This document shows positions 1-8,353 of a stretch of DNA of 12,847 bases, piece by piece; within the stretch, counting starts at the first letter, position 1, and the number at the start of each line of letters is the position of its first letter. Origin of the DNA: Calditrichia bacterium. Its GTDB lineage: Bacteria > Calditrichota > Calditrichia > JAJRVZ01. A program made the translations under genes and the position numbers. The stretch lies in contig CAWCNS010000014.1 in the NCBI GenBank assembly GCA_963796965.1, forward strand, positions 1 through 12,847, given 5' to 3'. The notes under the pieces are model-generated. The model was not told the origin of the DNA. It worked only from the letters and a program-made list of their open reading frames with translations, and did no database searches.

Positions 1-2
1 AC

Positions 3-99
3 TTGGGATTTGAAATTGGGAATTAGGGACTCGTTTCTCGTCACTCGATTCTCGATGTTGGCTGAAATAATTTTAGATTTTAGAATTCTGATTTTGGAT
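3..99. repeat. Clustered degenerate 7-bp tandem repeats
   Basis: Three 7-nt-period tracts: TTGGGAT-TTGAAAT-TGGGAAT-TAGGGA (3-29), CTCGTTT-CTCGTCA-CTCGATT-CTCGATG (30-57), TTTTAGA-TTTTAGA-ATTCTGA-TTTTGGA (71-98). Confidence 0.75.
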
Positions 100-140
100 A
101 GATTTTGATTTACACTCTTGAACATCAATAAAAACCTAGT

Positions 141-282
141 GGCGAGCGTAGCGAAGCCTGCGCAAATTTTGTTCGAGCAATGAAATTTACCATTGAGCAA
201 TAGCCATAAGCGAGTTTAATTTGCGCGAGCACTTTTTGGTTACTTTTTGGTGCATTCAAAAAGTAAGCCCTGCTGGAGGCAG
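141..282. other. Multi-hairpin structured element directly upstream of the kinase start
   Basis: Perfect stems GCGCAAATT 160-168/AATTTGCGC 218-226 and TTACTTTTTG 240-249/CAAAAAGTAA 257-266; inner CAATG 178-182/CATTG 191-195; GAGCGTAGCGA at 144-154; CTGC/GCAG (270-282) around GGAGG. Confidence 0.55.
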
Positions 283-290
283 AAAGATTT

Positions 291-3200
291 ATGATTGGTA
301 CTACAATATCTCACTACCAAGTCATAGAAAAAATAGGTGCCGGGGGCATGGGCGAAGTTTACAAAGCCCATGACACCAAACTCAAACGCCCCGTCGCCCT
401 GAAATTCCTGCCAACCCAACTTTCCTCTGATCCGGAAGCCAAAGAACGCTTTATCCATGAAGCACAAGCTGCCTCGGCATTGGATCATCCCAACATCTGC
501 ACCATACATGAAATCGGTGAGACGGAGGATGGGCAATCGTATATCGCCATGGCGTGTTATGACGGTTTATCTCTGAAAGATTGTATGGCACAAGGCGGTC
601 TCCCCACTCGAGGGGGGACTAAGGGGGGTGTAAAATCGTCAGGCAGCAACACCCCCCTTTATCCCCCCTTGCCAGGGGGGAAACAGATCGGTGCCCTGGC
701 TATCGATGAGGCAATATGCAATCACCCTCCAGATCGCCCGCGGCCTGCAAAAGGCCCACGACAACGGCATTATCCACCGCGACATCAAACCGGCCAATAT
801 TATGATCACCGAAGATAGAACGGCTAAAGATCCTGGATTTTGGTTTGGCGAAATTAGCCGGGCAGACGCGATTGACCAAAACCGGCTCGACGGTCGGTAC
901 GATTGCCTATATGTCTCCCGAGCAGGCCAAAGGTGAAATGGTTGATCAGCGTACGGATATCTGGTCGTTGGGTGTAGTGTTGTATGAGATGCTAAGCGGG
1001 CAGTTGCCGTTTAAGGGCGATTATGAACAGGCCGTGGTGTATTCGGTCCTCAATGAAGAGCCGTTGCCGGTAAGTGTTTTAAATGAGGACGTTCCCGCAG
1101 AATTAGAAAGTATCGTAAACAGATGTCTGATCAAAGATCCCGAAAATCGATATCAATCGATTGAAGAATTGTTAATCGATTTTAAGCCATTTAGTAATGA
1201 TACAGTTCTCTCTATTGATGAATCGGTCGCTGGGATTTTAAAGCGGTTATGGCACAAGAAAAAGGTGAGACAGATTAGTATCATATCTGCCGGTGTAATT
1301 TTAATATTGACGGTTATAATATCTTTGTGGCTCATTGTTTTTCCGGCTAGACCAAAATTAATAGCGATAATGCCGGCAGAAAATAACAGCGGTAACCTAG
1401 AACTGGCATACCTGTGTACAAGTTTTCCAGAAGAAATTATGCGTGGTCTGCAGAAGATATTACCGGACATACAATTTTATCCATACAGTGTCCTTCTGCA
1501 TCGCTACGAAGACCAAGCCTATGATCCTCAGGTAGAGGGTAGAAAACTGAATGTTGATATGATAGTGATTCCGCGGTTATCTGTGTTGGGCAAAGATACA
1601 ACTTATAACATCGAGATGATTGGTGTAGACAATAACAGCAGCCTTCTCTCCAAGGCTTATCCCGACGTAATGGCTAATCTGGTCGCCATCAAAAATAATA
1701 TTGTTCATGATATAAGTGATTATCTGCAACCAGAGTTGAAAGGCGGAGAGAAAGAAAAATTACTGCATACCCCAAAAATCAATGATCTGGCTTATCAGTA
1801 TTATCTAAAAGGACAAAACTTCTGGTTTAAATATAATCCGGAAAGTGATCGAAAAGCGATATTATATTTTAAAAAGGCTCTGGAGATTGATTCTACTTTT
1901 GCATTAGCCTGGGCCGGCCTCGCTGAGACATTTGCCCAACAAGTAGCGACCACCGGTTTGCCCGAGAATTTGTTGCGGCCCAAATTTATGAAGGCAGGAA
2001 AAAAAGCATTTACACTTGATTCCTCACTGGCAGAAACCCGAACAACTATGGCAAAGGTCTATTCATGGGATCGAAAATATAATAAGGCTATTAAAGAACT
2101 CAATAAAGCGATAAAGATCAAGCCAACTTACCTGTTTGCCTATCAACGTCTTGGTTCTCTTCTTGGCTGGACAATGGGTAACTATGAAGAAGGTGAAAAA
2201 GTTCTTGAGCAAGCTTTAGCCATAGACTCACTCGATGTTATAACGAACTATATTTTAGGTTGGAATTATTTTAAGAGTGGACAATATGAAAAAACTGAAA
2301 AACATTTTAAGAAATACATAACCCAAAATCCTGATGACTGTACGGGATATCTCGGCTATGCCTATGTATTAGAAAAACTCGGAAATATCGATCAGGCGCT
2401 AAAGATGGCTGATAAAAGCCTTGAGGTTGATTCTACAAATATGTTGATAAATGATGCCGCAGTTTGGTTATATGTGAAAGCAGGATATTATAAAAGGGGA
2501 ATCGCAAAATATCAGAAAATGATTCTGCAAGATCCGGGTTTTGGGTATATGGCTCATTTTGAATTAGGTTGCATCTATACCTGGTTTATCAACATCCCCG
2601 ATAAAGCAATACATCATTTTCACAAAGTGCTCGAGATTGATTCATCAGATATCGCGACTCATTTTGCACTCAGCAATTTGTACATTCAAATGGGTGATTA
2701 TATAAAAGCGCTCCATGAGAGAAAGATGTGTGTTCATTTTTTGCCCAATAATGCGGAACAATATAAAGAATATGCTTTTCTTCTCTCTACACTTGGCCAC
2801 CATAAAGATGCACTAATGATGGTGAAAAAAGCAGTGCAGTTAGATCAAGCATACCTGCTTGATCAGGGTCTGATTAATTTTTTTGCTGGCGATATACAAG
2901 AAGTGACTAAGAATATGGAAGACTATTTAAATACAGAATCACCGAATATAGATGGCTATTATTGGCTTGCCGCGATGTCTCTGACTCAAAATCAATATCA
3001 AAAAGGTATTCACAATATGCAACTATATTTCAAGGATAGGGATAGTTCACAAGATTGGGATTCCTGTTACCAGCGCGGCAATATGGAAATAGTATTTGAT
3101 AAGGAAAAAACGAAAAATTATCTCAGATGTGTTACAAACATGGGGAAAAATATAAAAGAAAGAAACTTGGATGATAATATATTTAACATAATTAGAGCAA

Positions 3201-4169
3201 TAAACTATTCAATGATTAATGATTCTGATAATGCTTTCGCTGCGCTTGAGCAATTTAGATCTCATATGCCAAGATTGCGTTTATATATTCAATCTCCATT
3301 TTTTGATAATCTAAAGTCTGATCCACGCTATGGAGCAATAATCAGAATATTAAAAATGGAAAATATTGTATGGCACAATGGAATAGAATCAGATGTGGTA
3401 AGTGGCATTGATCTTAGTGAAGAAGGTCATCGTCAATTGGGCAATTTCTATTTTACCCTGGGAGAGTATGATAAGGCGTTGGATGAATATAAGGTGAATA
3501 TAGAAAATAGTCCCCAAAAAATAATAAATCTACAGAATTATGGTAATGTACTTTCAATCCTTGGTAGACATGAAGAAGCCATCAAAGTGTATCAAAAATT
3601 GATAGATGTTGATTCAGCCACTTGGATTGGGTTGGTCCGGACATATTTTTTAGCGGGAAGGGTTAAGGAGGCAATCAAATTAACAGAAGAGGCGACAAGT
3701 AGTAATACCCTTGTGGCAATTGACTACCTTTTCCTGGCCCAAATGCATTTCCATCTTGGATATTATCCAAAATGTGTTGATTATATGCAAAAGTTCCTGA
3801 GCGAAAATAAGTTTAAGGATAAAGTAAATTGTTATGACCAGATTTTTTCCCACGAGGGAATTAATGAATTGTCTGCAAAAAAATATATCGAATGTATCAC
3901 CGAAGATATTCAACCAATTTATTATAGACTGAAGGATTATAGCAATGAGTCCGATGAGGTAAGATTAGTCTCTGGCTGTTAATTGGATGTTGGTTGGTAA
4001 GGTGGAAGAATCATTTTTGTATTTAAATGATGCCGAAGCTAAGTATAATCGATATTTACCTGGCTATCTTGCCTCACCATTTTTTGATAACATCAAATCC
4101 GACCCGCGTTATGATGAATTGATCAGAAAATTAAAGCTGGAGAAGTATGTACCAATTAATACAAAATAA
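291..4169 (+). CDS. Membrane-anchored Hanks-type Ser/Thr protein kinase with TolB-like and TPR-repeat C-terminal region (~1290 aa once three +1 frameshifts at ~716, ~829 and ~3970 are corrected)
   Basis: Kinase motifs occur in order across successive frames: GAGGMG, VALK, HEAQ (ORF 291-818); ITLQIARGLQKAH, HRDIKPAN (ORF 691-936); ILDFGLAK, GTIAYMSPEQ, DIWSLG (frame of 845-3982). These are followed by a hydrophobic helix IISAGVILILTVIISLWLIVF, IAIMPAENNSG (SIAVLPFENLSG-like), many TPR-like helices, and terminal SPFFDNIKSDPRY (ORF 3987-4169). Confidence 0.92.
600..681. repeat. REP-doublet-like (REPIN/RPE-like) palindromic element inserted in frame in the kinase domain
   Basis: Left arm CTCCCCACTCGAGGGGGGACTAAGGGGGGTGT (600-631) and right arm ACACCCCCCTTTATCCCCCCTTGCCAGGGGGGA (649-681) are imperfect inverted repeats. 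Each arm has its own C-run/G-run hairpin, and the spacer is 17 nt. Confidence 0.85.
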
Positions 4170-4190
4170 ATAATTCAAAATACAAAAAAT

Positions 4191-4225
4191 ATTAGGAATT
4201 GGGAATTTGTAATTAGGAATTGGTA
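4191..4225. repeat. 7-bp tandem repeat x5
   Basis: ATTAGGA-ATTGGGA-ATTTGTA-ATTAGGA-ATTGGTA; same family as 3-29 and ~5824-5860. Confidence 0.8.
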
Positions 4226-4253
4226 TATAAAACTGTTGTTGTTTTTACCTGAA

Positions 4254-4296
4254 TTGTGAACTATATTATGAACCATAATAATCTAAAAATGAACCA
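4254..4296 (+). promoter_or_regulatory. Putative TA-operon promoter/operator
   Basis: Perfect palindrome TATTATG-AAC-CATAATA (4264-4280); direct repeat ATGAACCA at 4268-4275 and 4289-4296 (21-bp period); TTGTGA(4254-4259)-17 nt-AATAAT(4277-4282). It lies immediately upstream of the antitoxin. Confidence 0.5.
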
Positions 4297-4313
4297 AAAT
4301 AAAAGAAGTGCGA

Positions 4314-4571
4314 ATGAAGTCAATAACCATACATGGATTGGATGAAACTCTTGATAAATTGATCAGGAAAAGAGCAAAAAAACAGGGAAGCAGTCTCAAT
4401 AAAACCATCAAAAGACTCCTGGAAGAATCTCTCGGTTTCCATAGGAAACAAAATTCAGACCATCGGGATGATTTTTTAGATCTTTTTGGTGTCTGGACGA
4501 AAAGAGAATCTGAACAATTCATGAGTCAAATTAAGGATCTGGAAAAAATTGACAAAGAGGATTGGCAGTGA
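4314..4571 (+). CDS. Ribbon-helix-helix antitoxin (VapB/FitA-like)
   Basis: MKSITIHGLDETLDKLIRKRAKKQGSSLNKTIKRLLEESLG has an RHH beta-alpha-alpha pattern and an acidic C-terminus. Its stop overlaps the toxin start (GTGA 4568-4571). Alternative GTG start at 4308. Confidence 0.85.
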   Translation: MKSITIHGLDETLDKLIRKRAKKQGSSLNKTIKRLLEESLGFHRKQNSDHRDDFLDLFGVWTKRESEQFMSQIKDLEKIDKEDWQ

Positions 4572-4972
4572 AAAAAATACTCTTGGATACAAATGCCTAT
4601 GTCGCTTATTTAAGCGGGGATGAGCAGGTATTCGATGAATTGGCTGCAGCAGATACAGTCTTTATGTCTGTATTTGTCTTGGGCGAACTCTATGCGGGAT
4701 TCAGGGGTGGTACAAAATATCAGAAAAACAAAACTATTCTGGAAAAATTCCTTCAAAAACCTACCGTTGAAATCTTAAATGCCACAGAGACAACCTCTGA
4801 TATTTTTGGACAATTAAAAAACAGCCTGAAACAAGCAGGCACACCTCTGCCGATCAATGATGTCTGGATTGCTTCTCATGCACAGGAAACAGGTACTGTT
4901 TTAATTACCTATGATAAACATTTTAATAAATGTCCTGGACTGCGTTTGTGGGATCATTTATATAGTCAATAG
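4568..4972 (+). CDS. vapC: PIN-domain ribonuclease toxin, VapC family
   Basis: ILLDTNAY, VLGELYAG, PINDVWIASHA and LITYDKHF carry the PIN acidic residues; ~134 aa; translationally coupled to the upstream antitoxin. Confidence 0.93.
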   Translation: MKKILLDTNAYVAYLSGDEQVFDELAAADTVFMSVFVLGELYAGFRGGTKYQKNKTILEKFLQKPTVEILNATETTSDIFGQLKNSLKQAGTPLPINDVWIASHAQETGTVLITYDKHFNKCPGLRLWDHLYSQ

Positions 4973-5042
4973 ATTTTCTATCTTCCATCTCTCTGAAAAT
5001 GCATTCTTGTATCTATAGCATCTGTTATTACAAAAGTAATGT

Positions 5043-5114
5043 GTGAAATTCGTCCAAATTGGTGGAATAAAAATAAATATTCAATTTCCAACACGGAATA
5101 TTCAATATTCAAGT
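5043..5114. repeat. Short 9-bp and 7-bp period repeats
   Basis: GTGAAATTCGTCCAAATTGGTGGAATAAAA resembles 6210-6253. AATATTC-AATTTCC-AACACGG-AATATTC-AATATTC-AAGT at 5076-5114. Confidence 0.65.
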
Positions 5115-5118
5115 AAAA

Positions 5119-5584
5119 GGATCTAAAATTAGAAATTTCAAAATTATCATCAGAATTCGGTGTTTCCAGATAAACCGTTTACTCCTATCTCTCATTTATT
5201 GAAGGATCTTATTTTATCTTCAGGATCCCACCCTTTAGCCGCAATGTCGATAGGGAAGTGAGTGGAACCAAAAAGATTTATTTTTGTGATAATGGCATTA
5301 TTAATCTGTTTGGTAAAGTATCAGATGGTGCGTTGCTCGAAAACGCTGTTTTCAAAAATATTCAACAGTATGGAGAAGTCAAATACTACCAGAAACGCAG
5401 CGGTGCTGAAATTGACTTTGTCCTGGCTGATAAAAAGATAGCCTTTGAAGTCAAAAAACGGGCACATCAACACGATCATCGACGATTAGAAAAGTTATCC
5501 CATTCTCTGAATTTAGAAGAAGCCTATATCATAACGCAGGATTTTTCAGCTGATCCTGGTATTATACTTGCTCAGGATCTTTAA
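5119..5584 (+). pseudogene. 5'-truncated remnant of an AAA+ ATP-binding protein with C-terminal DUF4143 (winged-helix + PD-(D/E)xK-like) domain
   Basis: The frame of ORF 5258-5584 extends upstream as KLEISKLSSEFGVSR*TVYSYLSFIEGSYFIFRIPPFSRNVDREVSGTKKIYFCDNG, with an in-frame TAA at 5171-5173. It contains LLENAVF and GAEIDFV...AFEVK motifs. No ATPase domain is present upstream. Confidence 0.8.
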
Positions 5585-5769
5585 TCCTTGTCTTGCCAGC
5601 AGTAATGAGATATATAGGTGAAGAGGGCGGAGAGCCTGGATACGTGTGATTAAAATATATCGGAATTCATCCTGCATTCTGACAGAATTTAGTTAAATAT
5701 GGACAGTTTATTGACAAATTTAATATTAAATAGTTCTCATTTTCTAAGATGGAATTTGATGTGAATTAG

Positions 5770-5807
5770 GACTCCGCAGACGGGCAGACTCCGCCAGTGG
5801 TCGGGCA
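5770..5807. repeat. Tandem pair of GC-rich mini-hairpins within a heptamer tract
   Basis: GACTCCGCAGACGGGCA (5770-5786) and GACTCCGCCAGTGGTCGGGCA (5787-5807), flanked by ATTAGGA/ATTGGGA-type repeats. Confidence 0.6.
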
Positions 5808-5942
5808 AGCCCCTGTCGGCGTGATTGGGAATTTGGTGTTGGAATAAGATTTGGAAACTGGAAGCTTAGACAGCAGATCGTATGTTTGATTCAACATCTG
5901 GAATTTGCAATTGGCTGTATTTGAGATACTTCTATCTGCATA

Positions 5943-6000
5943 TTAAATCAAGGAAGATTTAGTCTCGAATTATATTCTGGAGGATAATGTTTTTTCGGGA
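5943..6000 (+). ncRNA. Candidate structured RNA/dispersed repeat, copy A (two hairpins with GGA loops)
   Basis: TTAAATC-AAGGAA-GATTTAG hairpin, then a TCTCGAA...TTCGGGA stem enclosing CTGGAGGA; homologous to 11392-11451. The repeat is seen directly; RNA function and strand are inferred. Confidence 0.4.
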
Positions 6001-6016
6001 TGGTCTTTTTGCTTTC

Positions 6017-6202
6017 TAACCTGGCTAATTCATGAATATCTCGCGCAAAGGCGCTAAGACGCAAAGAAATAAATATTTAGAGATTCTTCTCTAAAATGCG
6101 TTATATTATTAATTTCATATAAAATATCTGCATAAACTATTTAAAAATAAATCTTTGTCCCGCCCGTGCGGGATCTTTGCGAGAAATGAATTATTCAGGC
6201 TA
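6017..6202. repeat. MITE/REPIN-like element with nested inverted repeats
   Basis: TAACCTGGCTAATTCAT (6017-6033) vs ATGAATTATTCAGGCTA (6186-6202) is a 14/17 inverted match. Inner arms TCTCGCGCAAAGGCGCTAAGACGCAAAG (6039-6066) and CTTTG...CTTTGCGAGA (6153-6184) surround an AT-rich core. Confidence 0.65.
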
Positions 6203-6290
6203 ATATATAATTCGTGAAATTCGCTATAATTTGCGAAAATTCGTGGATAAAAAAATATACTAATTCAAGCCTGGATGATAGAAGAATCGG

Positions 6291-7322
6291 TTATTTCTGA
6301 TCTCTATTCATCATATAATTGATCACCATCACCACCAGTAAAAGCATCCCCCAGGTAAACTCAGTGGTAAAATTACTAAAGCGCAGCATATTGAATCCAC
6401 TGGATAAGAATTGCAGGGCCAACACAGCGATGACAACGCCTGAAACTGTCCCAAATCCACCATTGGGATTAACTCCGCCTAAAATCGCCACCAGGACCGC
6501 CTGCAAAAGATAGGAACTACCGTAATCTGCTTTGGCCGAATTTGTGCGTGCAATCATCAAAATTCCGGTTAACGCGGCTAATAAACCTGATAACATATAC
6601 GTTTTGATGAGCATGCGGTTGATCCGAATACCGGAGAATTTTGCGGCAATTTCATTAGTACCCAACATATAGAGATTGATCCCATACCGGGTACGACTGA
6701 GAATGATACTCATCACCAGGGCAACAAGAATAAACAGAATCAGGGGAATCGGAAAAATCCCTACCATCCCATTCCCAATTTCAAGAAATAGTTCCGGATA
6801 TCCATACACGGCCGTCCCTTTGGTCATGACAAAGGCAATACCCATGAATAACTGCATGGTTCCGAGGGTGGTAAGGATGGGCGTGATCCCTGCTTTGGTA
6901 ATTAACCATCCATTAATCAGGCCGCAGACAAGCCCACTCAACAAGGCGGTAGAAATGGCGATAATCACCCATAAGATAATTTGCAGATTGCTTGCATTTT
7001 GGGGCATAGCCAGGGTTAAAATAAATGCAGCGAGAATTCCGGAAAGATTGGCGATGCTTACAATGGATAGATCGATACCCTCTGTAAGCAGAGAAAGCAT
7101 GATTGCCAGGGCAAACAAACCCAGTTCCGGAAATTGGAAAGACATGGAAGTGAAGTTCTGGATCGTCAAGAATTTTCCGGGATTCATTACACTCATGGCA
7201 ATGAAAATAGTCAACGCAATTAATATTAATCGAATAACGTTGCCGTTATGACCAAAATAGTTTCTAAGGTTTAAGAATTCAGTCTGTATCGCGATATATG
7301 TTTGATTTTTCTTTTCATTCAC
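6291..7322 (-). CDS. Sugar ABC transporter permease (BPD_transp_2, RbsC/LsrD-like)
   Basis: GIDLSIVS, PILTTLGTM, GTNEIAAKFSGI and AILGGVNPNGGFG motifs; multiple TM helices; 4-bp overlap with the upstream permease. Confidence 0.93.
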   Translation of the reverse strand: MNEKKNQTYIAIQTEFLNLRNYFGHNGNVIRLILIALTIFIAMSVMNPGKFLTIQNFTSMSFQFPELGLFALAIMLSLLTEGIDLSIVSIANLSGILAAFILTLAMPQNASNLQIILWVIIAISTALLSGLVCGLINGWLITKAGITPILTTLGTMQLFMGIAFVMTKGTAVYGYPELFLEIGNGMVGIFPIPLILFILVALVMSIILSRTRYGINLYMLGTNEIAAKFSGIRINRMLIKTYMLSGLLAALTGILMIARTNSAKADYGSSYLLQAVLVAILGGVNPNGGFGTVSGVVIAVLALQFLSSGFNMLRFSNFTTEFTWGMLLLVVMVINYMMNRDQK

Positions 7323-8308
7323 TTTGAAATTCCTTTTTGCTGAAAAATCTTCCTTTTAACCGTTGCAGCCGTACCAGCCAGAATGATTAAACCTACTGCC
7401 ACTTTTTGCCAGTAGGAAGGAATATTTAAAAGGATCAGACTATTATTGATAACGACTAATAATAAAACACCGAGGGCTGTACCCGATACGGTTCCTTTTC
7501 CACCGGTAAGACTGGCACCACCCAGTACCACGGCAGCGATGACAACTAATTCGGTTCCTACCAGATCGAAGGGATTGGCATTTCGCATCATCGCCGCATA
7601 AATAATACCAGCGATGCCTGAAAGGAAGCCAACGAATCCATAGATAAAGTATTGCGTATTTCTAATATTAAAACCGGCTCTTTCAGCACTCACCCGGTCA
7701 CCGCCCATGGCATATATACTCCTTCCGAGGAGGGTGTAACGCAATAGAAGCCAGCTGATGACTATAAAGATGATCAAAATAATAATCGAGACGGATAACC
7801 CGATCTTTTCACCACCGGGTAAGGTCTCTTCAAAAAAAGCCAGTTTGGAGAACCAAACCAATGATTGGGGCAAATTATTGATGATTGCGGTACCGATAAA
7901 TGCAAGAAGAAATCCACGGAAAACACTGGCGGTTCCAAGAGTAACAATCAGCGTGGGCAATCTGAATTGAGAAATAAAAAAGGCGTTAAACATACCCAGG
8001 AACAAACCTATCAGACCAGAAAGAATAAAGGCCAGCAGAAGGGAATCGGTTATCTCGAAACCCAACAAGATTTTGCAGCTCACATACATACTGAAGGCGG
8101 CAATGGCCGTAAAAGAAATATCGATGCCCCCTGAAATAATCACGATCAATACGCCGAGAGCGAAGAGCCCCATCACCACAGCACTTTTCAGAAGATCATA
8201 AAGGTTGGAAAGGGAGAAAAATACGGGATTTTTCAAACCAATTGCGACTGAGAGGATAACCAACACGAGAACCATATAGAAGGTATGTTGTCGCAAAAGT
8301 TTATTCAT
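7319..8308 (-). CDS. Sugar ABC transporter permease (BPD_transp_2, RbsC/LsrC-like)
   Basis: GGIDISF, PTLIVTLGT, GRSIYAMGGDRVSAERAG and ELVVIAAVVLGGASLTGGKG motifs. Confidence 0.94.
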   Translation of the reverse strand: MNKLLRQHTFYMVLVLVILSVAIGLKNPVFFSLSNLYDLLKSAVVMGLFALGVLIVIISGGIDISFTAIAAFSMYVSCKILLGFEITDSLLLAFILSGLIGLFLGMFNAFFISQFRLPTLIVTLGTASVFRGFLLAFIGTAIINNLPQSLVWFSKLAFFEETLPGGEKIGLSVSIIILIIFIVISWLLLRYTLLGRSIYAMGGDRVSAERAGFNIRNTQYFIYGFVGFLSGIAGIIYAAMMRNANPFDLVGTELVVIAAVVLGGASLTGGKGTVSGTALGVLLLVVINNSLILLNIPSYWQKVAVGLIILAGTAATVKRKIFQQKGISK

Positions 8309-8353
8309 TAGGGTATAATTCCAATTACGTATTGGTATTTTCTTATATCTAAA

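Noticed and set aside
600..681. G-quadruplex in the kinase insert
   Set aside because: There are only three long G-runs per strand, and they have complementary C-runs that favour hairpin/cruciform pairing.
240..3913. Minus-strand ORFs 240-536, 1153-1470, 1801-1983, 3680-3913
   Set aside because: Antisense shadows of the kinase gene with no recognisable motifs.
3987..4169. 60-aa ORF as an independent gene
   Set aside because: It is the frameshifted C-terminus of the kinase; it aligns to the end of the first duplicated module.
4283..4522. 79-aa minus-strand ORF
   Set aside because: Antisense to the antitoxin; no independent support.
5711..5740. TTGACA plus palindrome ATTTAATATTAAAT as a promoter for an sRNA
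   Set aside because: There is no acceptable -10 box at 16-18 bp spacing, and an AT-only palindrome is expected by chance.
5943..6000. Known riboswitch (c-di-AMP/ydaO, c-di-GMP-I) for the duplicated motif
   Set aside because: I could not match their conserved cores by eye, and copy A has no downstream gene on either strand. An Rfam scan is still needed.
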